Shown: positions 1 through 10,938 of the stretch, one piece after another | Layout of the letters: each line of letters begins with the position of its first letter | Numbering within the stretch: position 1 is the first letter of the stretch | Origin: Raillietiella orientalis | Taxonomy: Eukaryota | Length of the DNA stretch: 64,000 nucleotides | Reading direction: 5' to 3' | Assembly: GCA_036172245.1 (NCBI GenBank) | Contig: JAYWIR010000004.1 | Location: forward strand, 4,154,001-4,218,000 | The notes under the pieces: model-generated | What the model saw: only the letters and a program-made list of their open reading frames with translations | What the model was told of the DNA's origin: nothing | Databases searched by the model: none | Translations under genes and position numbers: made by a program

Positions 1-1740
1 AGATCGGTCTCCTCCTTCACAGACCCCTCACACCTTATCCAGTCATCGAGTTAAAATAGGTCCAAGGGTGTGCGCTTCCATGTAGGAGGAGGCCGTCTGA
101 GGAAATTACGCCATCATCATCCAGAGCAGGGATGAGTTTTCAGGAGTTTCCGTCTGAAAGCAGAATCGACGTCTCGGAGCTTCGCGCAAGTGCTTCTGGC
201 AGAGGACCGCCGACCTGGACGACGGAGACTCGTCCCGCTTCTGGCAGGAATGCACGTCCTTCGGGAAAGCATCACATGGAATGCCTGTCTTCGCATAGAT
301 GCCATTCTTTTTCCTTTCGAGACTGAGGCGTGCAGCGTGAAGCTCTGTGATGACCCAGAACAGCAAGGTCCAGGATTCTCCTCAAGGACTTAGTGGTGCC
401 GCGTACTCAGGGTTGTGGACTCGACTTTCTGACTCCGAATAAGGTGGAGCTGCGAGTGCGGTTCAGGGCCGTCTGATTCAAGTTGTGGATCACCTCGTGG
501 TATGCTCCTGCACATCTCATCCTGCAGTGAAGTTGGGTTTTGCGCCGAGGAGCAGGAGGCACGCCTCTCCCGTCTTTCTCAGTCTCCCAGCCGCGCGAAG
601 GGGCAGAGGGCAACGACGAGATCCTCCCTTGAACTGGAAGAGACCACTTGGTTCCCACCGGACCGCTACAAGCAATGACCAGGACAAGCAAACCGAGGTC
701 TCCCACCGATAACGCGGATCGAGGTCTTCCCTACGATAGCAAAGCCCCGTCCTGCTTGTCCCTTGACCCCTTCCGGTGCTGCGCCACCCCCAAAAGCATG
801 AGGAAGGATGCGGATATCTCCTGAGGAGAAGAACCTCAATGCTGAAGCGATGGCGCCGGATCGCCTGCCGTCCCAGGAACTGCAGCACCTGGAGGAAGGA
901 GACCGTGAAAACCTCGGTGTCTACTTTCCAAGCGCCCCTAGAACTTTGCTTTCTGGAGAAGCTGAGCGGCGCCCCTTTGAAAGTGTTTCCACAGGATTCC
1001 AGGAAGTGGTCCAGACTGGCCACTTCATCCTATGCTGCAGCACTGTCCGCCCTAAGGGCAAGCAACTACAGTTGTCGACCGGCGGGGTGGAAGTTCTCCT
1101 GCACCACTGCAAGGGTGTCCAGACTCTTTGACGGCTGCAAGACAAGCGAGCTGGTGGATGTCGCCACCTCATTGTGTCGGGTCAAGGGACTGCTTCAGCA
1201 GGGAGAACTCCTGCGTATGCTCTCTGAAAAACTGGAGGTGCCTTCCCTGTGCGTGTACGCTTCGGTTCTGCCCACCAGATGGAGACACGAGGTAGTGTTG
1301 CTCTTCTTGCGCCGGGGTTTCCGGTGCAAAGAGGGCCTTGTAGGAACTGGGATACTGCGTCCCAAAACTGTTCCAGGCTGCGGGACGGTTGAATCAGTTT
1401 CACACCTGCTGTCGGAACGCGGTGCCCTTGGACGACTGTGTGCGGAGGCTGGCTTCTGCGCCCGGAGGGCAGCGCGAGAGATTTTCCACGGCGCAGCGAT
1501 GGAATTGTGTACGGCCCGCGTCGCCCGGCTTGCAGCCACCTTCATGGGAACTGCAGCCAGGTGGCCCCCGTTTGCAGAAAGGCAGTCGCCAGGGAGATTC
1601 ACCTGCATTCTGCTCCCGTACCAGGAAGGGAAGAGGAAGCGCTCTCGACCTTCATGGAAGCGCTCTCGACTCTTACTTTCCCTTTCTTACTTATTCATTT
1701 CCTGTTCCCTTCCCTTCCTTTCCGAACTTCCTCTGTAATC
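1..1740 (+). mobile_element. Degenerate Tx1/L1-clade non-LTR retrotransposon ORF2 (RT to C-terminal Cys/His region)
   Basis: Frameshifted motifs in the expected order: RRLVPLL (~WRPISLL), QVVDHLVV..KLGFAP (~FDRVDH..FGFG), NRGLPP (~RQGCPLS), ENLGVYF (~KYLGVYF), PGCGTVESVSHLLSE (~CPxCGxxETxxHxFxEC). Confidence 0.6.
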
Positions 1741-2399
1741 GACCTGCGTGTCGGTGACCCCTCCCCCCAACTTTTGCTCGTTTCCCTTGAGAACTCTTTT
1801 CCCAGTTGTTTGTATGCTTTTTTATTTGTTTTTTTTTCGGGAAATGAACACTCCCGGCGGGACCGGACGAAAGGAGGCCGCGGTCCGAGAGGAAGACGCA
1901 TCGGAGAAGACGGGGGAGCATCTTCCAGTCACTGTCGCTCGCTCTCTACAAGGTCTCGCTGGGGGGCAACGGTTACCGGATATCACCTGCAGCATCTTTA
2001 GTTCTCGCTTTCTCCCAGACCATCCCCGAGTTTCGGCAGCTCCCCTTCCTCCCATTTTGCTCCTCTCATTCTGCTCGCGGAGGAGGGAGGATGGGCAAGC
2101 TGCCGCTCGCTTCCGGGAGAGTCGTCCACCCGCCTTCCTTCTAAAGCACGCTGCGAAGGAATCGTGCGCGTCGCGTCGCTACTGGTCCGCAACCCTCAGC
2201 ATCTCTCATAGGTGCTCCCTTGCGAGCCCATCCTCCCCTCCGGAATCCCGACGTCTTCGAGAGAAATGGGAGAAGGATCTCTTCCGGAGGGAGAGGGCAG
2301 CTTTGTTTCTCGGATGCCTGCAGTGTCCTCATGAGTCTTTCTGCGGCCCAGGAGCGTTTGGCTTCCGGCTTCTTCCCGGCTGGCTCTGCCTTTCCTCCG

Positions 2400-2950
2400 G
2401 TCCGCTTTCGTCGGGAGCATCCCCCGCTTCTACAGAACGGGAGGAGAACTCCCGAGCCAAGTGTCCCGCCATCTTCGCACGGGGAAGGTGCCCTGCACCC
2501 ATGGACCGGTGCGTGGTCTCCAGTTCAGTCGCTTCCCCCTCTCCTTTTCTTTCCTTGCGCCGACCTTTTTCGGAAAGAGGCCCCCGTGTAGAGATGCTCG
2601 ATGGAGGTGTGGGGAGTGGGAGGGGGAGGAGATCTATCCCGGAGGGTCACTATTGCGTCCCGAGAGGCGCCACGGACGACGAACGCCCACGGGCCCACAA
2701 ATTGAGGACGACGAGGAGAAGGTGCAGGCGGTACGCCTTTCCTGCCCTTCCAGTCCTCCCGACAGCACGAGGAGGTAAAGAACATCGGCGGGGTCCTCCC
2801 AAGAATTGGGAGAGACCATTTGGTTCCTTCCGGACTGCTCCGAGATGACCAGGACAAGCGAACCGAGGTCTCCCACTGAGCATGCGGATCGAGGTCTTCC
2901 CTGCCATAACGAAGCCCCGGACTGCTTGACCACTGCAGGTGCTGCATCCA
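2400..2950 (+). mobile_element. Second degenerate Tx1-like RT fragment
   Basis: HYCVPRGATDD (~QTYCVPGRSIxDN) and NRGLPLSM. 2720-2928 aligns with 548-758. Confidence 0.55.
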
Positions 2951-3913
2951 CTACCACCATCCTTCGTCCCTACTTTCCGTTCCTAAGGGCGCAGAACGAC
3001 CTTCCCAAGCAGGCCGACGGAATTCCTCCCCGTCTTTCTGCTCTACGATTCCCGGGATCCGCCGAGCACCCAAGTCTGCAGCCGAACCCCTCTCCCCCCG
3101 TTTCCATGGCGAAGCTTTCCGAGGAGTCTCTCAGGGTGCACGGAGGCGCCCTGCGAGCAAGGAGGGCGCGCGCGCCCGGACCTCCCTCTGGGGCTGCCGA
3201 CGGACGTCCCCTCTGCTCCAAAGGGGCAACGCTATTTTTTCCCTCAGGCACTTTCCTTTGTCCTCCTTTAGGAGAAGACCCTGGAGCGAAGGGAAGGAAA
3301 GGTGCGCGCGTCCGTCTCCCCTGAGAGAGCCCTGGTCCTCCCATTAGGCCTTCCAGGAGATGCGGACCGACCCCAACGACCCCCTTGGTTTGACAAACAC
3401 CACTTTGCGAGGTGTCCCCCGCAATCGGAAGGGGAGAGCGACCTCCCGGCTGCCCACTCGGGGAGAGCCATCTGAAGGGGAGCTGAGAATGCCACGTCTC
3501 CTCCCGATGGACCATTTATCTCTTCCCCAGGGACCTCCCAGAAGCTCGCCGCCAGAACGGGAGCTTCGTCGGGGGAGAGGTTCCATGCCTCCCTCCTCTC
3601 ATACTCGCCGGAAGACCTCCCGCGCGGGTCTCGGGTAGAAGCTCGCCGAAGGTCTGCGCTCATTGAGTGGAGCTTGCGGATGAATTCCTTCAGAATGCGC
3701 TCCTGTTCCGGACCGGGGTGGTCTCCTCTCCCCTGCGAGCTCGCTCTGGCAACCGGACGCCATCCGCCGGAGGGCAGATCCCGCGGTGCTAAGAAGCATC
3801 TTCACCCTACTCTCCCTTACCGCCTCCGGAAGACTGGCAGCAAGTTTATACACGCTAATCTGAGATGGAGCGGGCCGCGTCGCGTTGGGAACGCCGGGCT
3901 GGAGAGACGCCCC

Positions 3914-4067
3914 TCACTTGCCGGCGGAACCTCTTGCCTCCTCGTGGGCGAAAGGATTCCGGTCGCTCCTCAAGTAGTCGGAGTGCCTGCGCGCTATGGA
4001 CTTCTGGTAGGCGAACAGCTGCCTCTCCAAATCGAAGTTCCGGACTTGCAGCAGGCTGATCTCCTTC
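3914..4067 (-). CDS. Coding exon 4 (probable last) of MATH-like protein; coiled-coil segment
   Basis: Acceptor gtgttttccag|G completes the phase-2 Arg codon. Encodes KEISLLQVRNFDLERQLFAYQKSIARRHSDYLRSDRNPFAHEEARGSAGK*; LERQLFxYQKS is recalled as the family's C-terminal signature. Total CDS 1407 nt = 468 aa. Confidence 0.85.
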
Positions 4068-4169
4068 CTGGAAAACACCAGCAGCAGCGTGTTTAGCCCC
4101 AAGTGGCAACTGGACAGCCCACCCCAAACAAGAAGCTCGAGTTCAACTCCCCTTTTACCCCCCCTGCAG

Positions 4170-4218
4170 ATGTTGCTGCTGCTGCTCATCGCTAAAGTTT
4201 CCAGCAGACACCAACAAG
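4170..4218 (+). CDS. Putative exon A of a convergent plus-strand gene (in MATH-gene intron 3)
   Basis: Long polypyrimidine tract ending ctgcag| and perfect donor AAG|GTGAGT; 49 nt. Reads CCCCCSSLKFPADTNK, or MLLLLLIAKVSSRHQQ in another frame. Confidence 0.6.
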
Positions 4219-4949
4219 GTGAGTCCTCGTACACGTTAGCCGTTTGCCCTTGACATGGCAATCTTGTCACTGCGATTCGCCTAAAGCGGATTGAGGGTTC
4301 CAGGGCGCCACTTCATGCCGTCGTTCTCCCGCCTGGTGGATTGGTCCCAGGAATGCTGAGATGACCGAGCTCTTGAGTGGACCTTTGATGACCTGTCGAC
4401 TGCGGGTGGATTACGGGCTGCGTTCTAGCAGCAGCAGTAGTAGCAGCAGCTTCGCTTTGCTGCTCCTCCCCACAGCGGAGATCCGACGCTCTTCGGCGCA
4501 CGCAAGGGACGTCCCTACGCAATGCACTGCTCGAAGGACTGAGAGGGTCCTCATCAAGGTGCAATGAAATGCCATGAATTGTCGATGCCTTGAAGGATTC
4601 CAAAAGCTCATTCCTACGAGACCACTGAGACTGCTGCCTTTTTTTGTCTTCTCCTCCGAGATTGGCAGCTGAGATACGGGAAGTGAGGATGCTGGAGCTC
4701 GCGTGTGCTGCAGCGAATGTTTTCACGCCTTCCCGACACCTCGCTTTAAAGCTTGAAGAGAAGGAGGTCGGAGTTTTTTTTTTCCTGACTTTTATCCCTT
4801 CGGATCCCCCTGGGGGTCCCTCCTTTTCCTCTTTCCTTGTTCGGGTCCTGCGCTTCCCTTTGGGATTTTCTGAGCTTGATGATCAGCCGACTTCGACGGG
4901 AAGCGGACCCCAGTTGCGTGTAAATTTGGGTGATCGCTTGCGGCCCTGG

Positions 4950-6280
4950 TCCTAAGGAGCAGCCTGTTTCCCTTGCCGATCCTTCACGCGTTACCGCAGC
5001 CGTCGGGACGCCTGCTGCTCCCGCTCCTTCTTCCGTTTTTCTCTCTCACGGAACCTCCTCCAGTACACGAGGATCGAATTCCCACCGCTCATGACGTCCG
5101 CGCCCCCACCCCCACGCGGGTGGACGCGTCTCCTGCATCTGGAAGAAGTCCATGCTGAAGCAGACCTGCGGGACCGCGGTTAGCCTCGGCGGTCGCAGCT
5201 GTGTCTGAGGATGCAGACGCCCTCGAACCAGCGCGCTGCCCCCGCTGGCATCCAAGGCAAGTCTCTGTTGGGATCGCCCTACTCGGAGATGAAGAGTGAA
5301 GGAGGAATCGCCTTCGTCCCCAGGGGGATGAAGGAGCAGATGACCGCATCTTCTTGCTCCTTCTCCTCTCGGGGCATCATGGCGTTTCCGCGTTTCCTTT
5401 TACCGCGCTCGTGCGCTCACCTTCTCTCCAGACCCGCCTAGTGGCAGACCTGCTAGTCGGCGGTTGTCCTCGGACTCGCGCAGGATCCGCCGTTCTGCCT
5501 ACTCTCCGGAGAGACCAAGAGAAGCAGAAACGCCGTACTCCCCCCCCTCCCCAGAGGCGGAGTTGTTGCCCGAAGGAGCGCCTTCAGCAAGTGGGGCAAG
5601 GCAACCGGAAGTCCCGTCCATCCAGAGCTGTCAGTTATGCTTATCGTGCAGCAGCTGGAGCTTTCGAAGACTCCGGACGCCGGGGCCGTGCGCTGGAACG
5701 AAGTGGCACCGTCTCCTTTGCCCTCCTTTCCTCCCCGAGGTGATCCCACGTGGAGGCGGAAACCCCTTCCGCCCTCCGATCCTTTCTTGCGGCTCATGGC
5801 GTCCGACTTCCACCCATCCCGCCATCCGCCATCCTTATCTGGGGACAGGGCTCCCGGACGACCGAGGCTATCTCCTTGCTCCCTTCGTCTGCCCGCGCGC
5901 TTCAGGAGTGCTCCAGGACGCCATTGGATGCTTCCGGTTCGAATCGATCTCGCATTCCCCGCGAGTCTCTGCAGAGGGAGGGAGGAGAGGGGACGCAGCT
6001 GAGGGTGAGCTCCACCGAATCTCCCCCTCTGCCTCCCGCGCTTTAATCAACTTTCCATCTGCTACCAGCGCTCTCTTCCGGAGTCCACTTTTGGAGATCT
6101 CTACCTTACGTCCTGCTGACGGTGAAAATTGCTTTCCCTCCCGGATGCTGACCGATCTTTTCAATCGTCTCTGGAAAGTACCGTCCGTGCGAGCGGATGT
6201 CGTCCGCCTGGAGTGCTCAGCGATTGCGTGGGGAAGAGGGCGCAATCCTCGAAAGAATTGTCTCCTCCCTGTTTGATCTA
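4950..6280 (-). mobile_element. Degenerate LINE: ORF1 C-terminus followed by AP-endonuclease remnants
   Basis: RLKRSVSIRE..RK..DGKLIK (ORF1-like), then GFRLH..RGGKEGKGDGATSFQR (~GY..R..GGGVAIYV) and LLRATTPP..FL (~YRPP). Confidence 0.4.
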
Positions 6281-6998
6281 CCGTTTAATCTGAGAGAGCG
6301 AGAGGAAAAAGGAAAAAAAAATGTTTTTTTTCCCTTTCTTCTGAGAGCCGATGCATTATTAGCGTTGACTTTACCAGCATCTCAGGGGAACCTGGAGACC
6401 TTGCAGGTCTGTGCGCCATCCTCAACCGTCCTCGTGCCCTCTTCGAAAATCTTAGTAATTCCTCCGCAACCGAGACGGATCTCGGAGCGCAGAGGGACTT
6501 CTCCGTTGCCATGGGAGCGTTCACCGCGCCAGCGATGCGAGAGCCACGGACGACTCCTCTTGGAAACTGCTCGGCCTGACAGCCTTTTGGCCAGGGCGCT
6601 TCGCTTCTCCGCGACCCGCGATCTCGGAAAAATCCAAGCCGAAGATCAGCTTGGCAGAAGCGGTTCCAGCCCCGGGTCCAACGAGAGCTGCCACTCCCCA
6701 CCACACGTTCTTGCTTGCGATGCGAGCGATCGCGCGGGACGGTGCGGCGTTTCCTGGCAACCGCTCCCGCCTACGTTCCAGATGAATCGTGCGCGGGGTT
6801 CTCTGGCTTGGTCTTCTCGAGGGTTCGGGGCGAGCGGCGCATGAGCGAAACCCAGAAAGATGGCGCCGGAGAGCTAGGAGGAACTGAACAGCGCGGAAGG
6901 CAGAGATGTTTTCCTCCGGATCACTGCGGTCGTTCCGACCCGAGCGCGCTCAAGTGGTACGTCCCCAAGGCAAGCTCCAGCCTCATTAAGTGCCACTA

Positions 6999-7349
6999 CA
7001 GTGGTGCTTTGGTACTCGACGGTGTTGGAACTCGCAAAACTCAGTACTCGTCGCATTTTGACAGAAAAAAAATGTTTTGACACTCGGCTCGACACCCCAC
7101 TCATGTTAAAACAAATGAGAGCTTCAGTCCCATGGTAGCTCGCGAATAGTGCCGAACATTTCCATAGAGTGCTCCCGGATCGTTCCTCTTTTTGTTTGTT
7201 TTCTGTGCATCTTAATCGTTAATCATGGGTTCTAAAATGATTAAAAATGATGCTACAAAGCCTAGAAAGGAACTCGTTCGGTACTCGTCGGTTTCGGCAC
7301 TCGTCACGAGTTCCGGAACGAATTACTGACGAGTACCGAGGTAATACTG
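6999..7349. mobile_element. Non-autonomous Tc1/mariner-superfamily (pogo/Tigger-like) MITE, 351 bp
   Basis: TA on both sides (6997-6998, 7350-7351). Imperfect TIRs CAGTggtgcttTGGTACTCGAC versus CAGTattacctCGGTACTCGTC (16/22 identical); repeated subterminal ACTCG motifs; AT-rich non-coding core. Confidence 0.8.
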
Positions 7350-7383
7350 TAATTGAACACAAAACCTAATCAGACATTCTCAG

Positions 7384-7469
7384 CAGTCTCGGAAGCGGAG
7401 GGTCGCTTCCTGCTTCGGCGTGCCCGCGTGTACGTCGTACGTTATGCAACCCCTCTTGATCCAGCATAC
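7384..7469 (+). CDS. Putative exon B of plus-strand gene
   Basis: CTAAT branch-like motif, NAGNAG acceptor ctcag|cag, donor AC|GTACGT; 86 nt. Reads QSRKRRVASCFGVPACTSYVMQPLLIQH in frame with exon A. Confidence 0.5.
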
Positions 7470-7541
7470 GTACGTCTAGAGTCCATTTCCTATCGATTGG
7501 TCAGGCAGGAAGGTCACACCTTCTGTCGAATGAATTTCCAG

Positions 7542-7582
7542 AATCACACAATCGAGGGTCAAAGTACGAAGACGAAAACAAA
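7542..7582 (+). CDS. Putative exon C of plus-strand gene
   Basis: Follows a 72-nt GT..tttccag intron; donor AA|GTAGGA; 41 nt. Reads (T)ITQSRVKVRRRKQ. Confidence 0.5.
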
Positions 7583-8122
7583 GTAGGAGTTTTGGTGTTT
7601 GCCTTTGCTGCATCTCTGCTCTTTGATTTGCTTGAGCTCTTTTCCTCTTTGCAAGAAGACACACATTTTGTTTTTCTTTTTAGTTCGAAAAAAAAGGGGG
7701 TAGGGGTCCTGATGCAACTGAGAAAACGTGCGGAAGTCTACAGGGCAGATTCGATTCCAATGTGGTGTGGATACCGGAACTGAGTAGCGACAACTGGCCT
7801 TTGAATTCAAGCGCGAGGCTGACCGGCTGCATTTGAACCGAGGAGGGAGCAGACCAACGTTTCGAGGAACTTGCTCTGCAAGCGCTGCACGTCTGGATCA
7901 ACTTTAATTACGACCTCGAATGGGTTGGCTTGGACCCGGACTTGGCTTCGTGAGCGTCTGCTTCCTTCCGTTCTCCTTGGCTTTCGGAGAAAAGAAGGGA
8001 AATGTCCCCGCTAACCTCCAGATGCTGTCTCATTTCGCGTTTCATATTTCTCCCTTCTCACTGCCATAGAGATTTCACTGCAATTGAAAATGAGCAAACG
8101 ACAAGTTCAACTTCCTCAGCAA

Positions 8123-8168
8123 CCATTTCGGTCAGTTTCCAATACCGAATGGTCTCTTAAAGGGTTAA
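8123..8168 (+). mobile_element. Possible solo piggyBac-type terminus
   Basis: Subterminal inverted motif ccatttcggt..accgaatgg followed by AAAGGG|TTAA. No partner end found. Confidence 0.3.
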
Positions 8169-8649
8169 AGGCGATCGAGTAGCGAAGACAGCCAAACACA
8201 GAGTTTAAGCATACACAAATATGTGTGGAGCGCTATCGCCATTGAATTCATCCTTGCTCTATGATCACGGTCTTTGGTTGGTATAGATTTCCTCAGTACT
8301 TGACCACCAGTCTATCTCATGATACCAAGCAAGATTTCTTCTAACCCTCAACATTGGCCACAAGAGGATACTGGTTATCCACAGATGAGCAAAAGATAAG
8401 CGAGTAATCATTTTTTCCATCCGAGATTGTAGACGTCAGAAGTAAGGTGGGAAGCGTTTTTCTTGAAACCAGATCAGAGGGTGCACAAAATCTCGCTCTC
8501 AAAAATCTCCCTCATTTGATGCATGAGGACGTTCACTCTCGACTGCTGAAAAAGAACCGAAGTCCGATATTTTTTTTCTTCTTCCCCCTCCCCTCCTCCA
8601 GAGAAGCTCAAGTGATAGCGAAGCGGATCACACTTTTAGCCTGGGTTTG

Positions 8650-9100
8650 TTCGACTTGTTTTTGTTCTCGACAGGTCAAAGAGCAAACGCGAGCCCTCGA
8701 GCACCTACAAGTTCCTCTGTGTCGCTTGGATTCAAAGAAAAGATCGGAGAGCGGAGATCGCAACCAGATGCTTCCCTCGAACAGCTGAGATTACCCTTCC
8801 ACCCCCAAAACAAAAGGAGCTCGTTACAGTGATTAGCGGAGTCGACTTCCGAGTCGGGGTAAAACGGTGACGAACGTTCTCTTGCGAACGACGGGAAGGC
8901 TGTTGAATGAAACCAGGCACCGTCGGGAAGAACCGATCTTCGGGAAACGCCTTGTTCCCTGAGTACATTGCCAGGAAACAACAGACGCAGGCAACCGATG
9001 CAATCCGGGAAGGAACAGAGCATGCATCCAGGCATTTGAGGGTGCGATTTTGCGAATTAGGGAAAGTTCCAGATGGACCAAGGAACGCTCAAAGGATACG
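8650..9100 (-). mobile_element. Degenerate LINE RT fragment
   Basis: EQGVSRRSVLP (~GVPQGSVLGP) followed by LLLFWGWKGNLS (~LxxWxxxWxLxxN). Confidence 0.4.
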
Positions 9101-9899
9101 GGGAAACATTTTCCGAGCAGGAAGAGCTGAACGAAGCCAAAAGCAGATGCAAGTCATACGGAAATCGCACAGGCAATGACACATGAAGAGTTTCCCATTG
9201 CACGGAGACTCGAGATTTAGAGCCTCGCGCAATGTCTGCAGAACGATACGATTGAAATTGATGTCCTCTCTTGAAACGTCTGAAGCTCATGACTATTCCG
9301 ATGGCTTCGTTTTGAATGAATCGAGGAAGACCAAGGATGCGATTCGCTGATGCAGGGGAGTTGGACGTTGCGCTGATGCATGCGTTTTCCACACGTCTCA
9401 ACGGAGTTGGAAGTGTGCACAACCGTGTCAGACCGGCCCGAGGAGGAAAAAAAGAGGATTTCCAAGAAGCCTATTTTCACGTTCAAGCAACAGGGAGGCG
9501 GGAGGGAGAGTAGGATGGAATTCTTGATATAGTGCTGGCGCCCTCGGCCGTAGCAAGAAAGCTCCCGTTTCTACCCGCGTTCCTTCCTTCCTCGACATGG
9601 ACCGGAAAGATGAATTCCTGGAAACAACTACTTCCCGTGACAAGAGGAAATTCATTCCATCAAAGGTTTAAAATGTGCTTCATCCAAAGACGGTAATTCT
9701 CCTTTGGAATGAAGGCATTTTCATGGGACTTATGATGCTGAAGTAATGGAAACAGCTAGACACAACTGGATGCTTAAGACTTTTTAGCATTTGGAGCATC
9801 CTCGAGTGTGGTACATTACTTAGGGTGCAATCTCAAACAGTGATTGCCATGAGCAGTCTTTTCACACGTGACATCCACTCCACTGAACGAGGAAGGTCT

Positions 9900-10130
9900 C
9901 AAGCCGTTCCCAGATACAAGAACCCCAGATGGTGGGCGGAAGATCGCTTCCCAGCTTCCTTGCAAAAGAACTGTCTCCGTCCCGTGGTGCCAGCACCAGC
10001 ATTACTGTACAAAGAATACTACGTGTGAAGGCCAGCTCGAATACTCTATCGGCAAGGTTTGCCATGGTGTAGAAGTGATTATCTGAAACATGTTTTTCGT
10101 GACGACTATAGTCGTTCGCATGAAGGATTT
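9900..10130 (+). mobile_element. Possible piggyBac 3' remnant (Cys-rich tail and degenerate right end)
   Basis: Weak Cys-rich remnants (DRFPASL; GKVCHGV); 14-bp palindrome acgactatagtcgt (10102-10115) then gcatgaagga, resembling a decayed piggyBac terminus. Confidence 0.25.
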
Positions 10131-10318
10131 TTTACTACTAGCGAAGCATTAAGTAGGCATGTTGCAGACGCAGCGAATGTGCAACTGAAAAATATTTCTA
10201 ATTGGTAAACCCTTTGTGCCTCCGGGAAATTTAGATGTCATTGAAAATCTAAGTTTTCTGAAAGCGCAAAAGATTTAATCCCAATTTCCTAATCTAAATT
10301 TTCTATTTTGCTTTACAG

Positions 10319-10458
10319 GTTTCCATATGATCAGAATGAACCAACGCAGTAACTGGAGACCCCAAGAAAACGCGATGAAATTTTCAAATGAAGAGTACAT
10401 TTGGCAGATTTTTTTTTCTTTTCTTAAATCTGGTGGTGCTGTCATCTCGAAAAGATGA
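10319..10458 (+). CDS. Putative terminal exon D of plus-strand gene
   Basis: Strong acceptor cctaatctaaattttctattttgctttacag|. Reads (S)FHMIRMNQRSNWRPQENAMKFSNEEYIWQIFFSFLKSGGAVISKR* (TGA 10456-10458); the alternative frame stops at 10352. Followed by AT-rich UTR-like sequence to about 10900. Confidence 0.5.
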
Positions 10459-10938
10459 CAGATGGAGCAAACAAGGAGGCTCTTTTCATACAGGTATGGC
10501 GTTCCGAATTCTGAATGAAGAATTTAACCTGCACACGCATGGGACATTACCACTTAGAATTATAAATACCATTATACTAATAATTATAGTCACCTGCATA
10601 CGATAAAGTATGCAATTTAAGAGTAGTAGGATTTGCGTCATCAAAATTACATCAGAGCATATTTTAACACATGCGCATCATGCACTTGAGGAATGTATTT
10701 TGTTTTTGAATTCATATTTTTCACATTCATATAATTTTACATTACGTGCATTGTACGGTCTGCATCTGCATAATAATAGAAAGTGCATTCTGATACTAAT
10801 AAGACAAGGTGATAAATATTTAATAATAAGGAAAAAAAAAAAAAAAAAAACGAAACAGATGAAATATATGCATGCTAAGTGTAATGCTAGAGATTAAATC
10901 ACCCGCACGGATTATTACTACAACATCAAGAGAACAGC

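Noticed and set aside
2725..2770. RAVGRTGRAGKAYRL resembling SF2 helicase motif VI (minus strand)
   Set aside because: No other helicase motifs or splice context, not retained in the paralogous segment, and the opposite strand is explained by Tx1 RT.
776..2848. 320-aa and 366-aa ORFs as host genes
   Set aside because: Arg/Ser/Pro-rich translations in GC-rich DNA carrying fragmentary Tx1 motifs that switch frame; TE fossil rather than gene.
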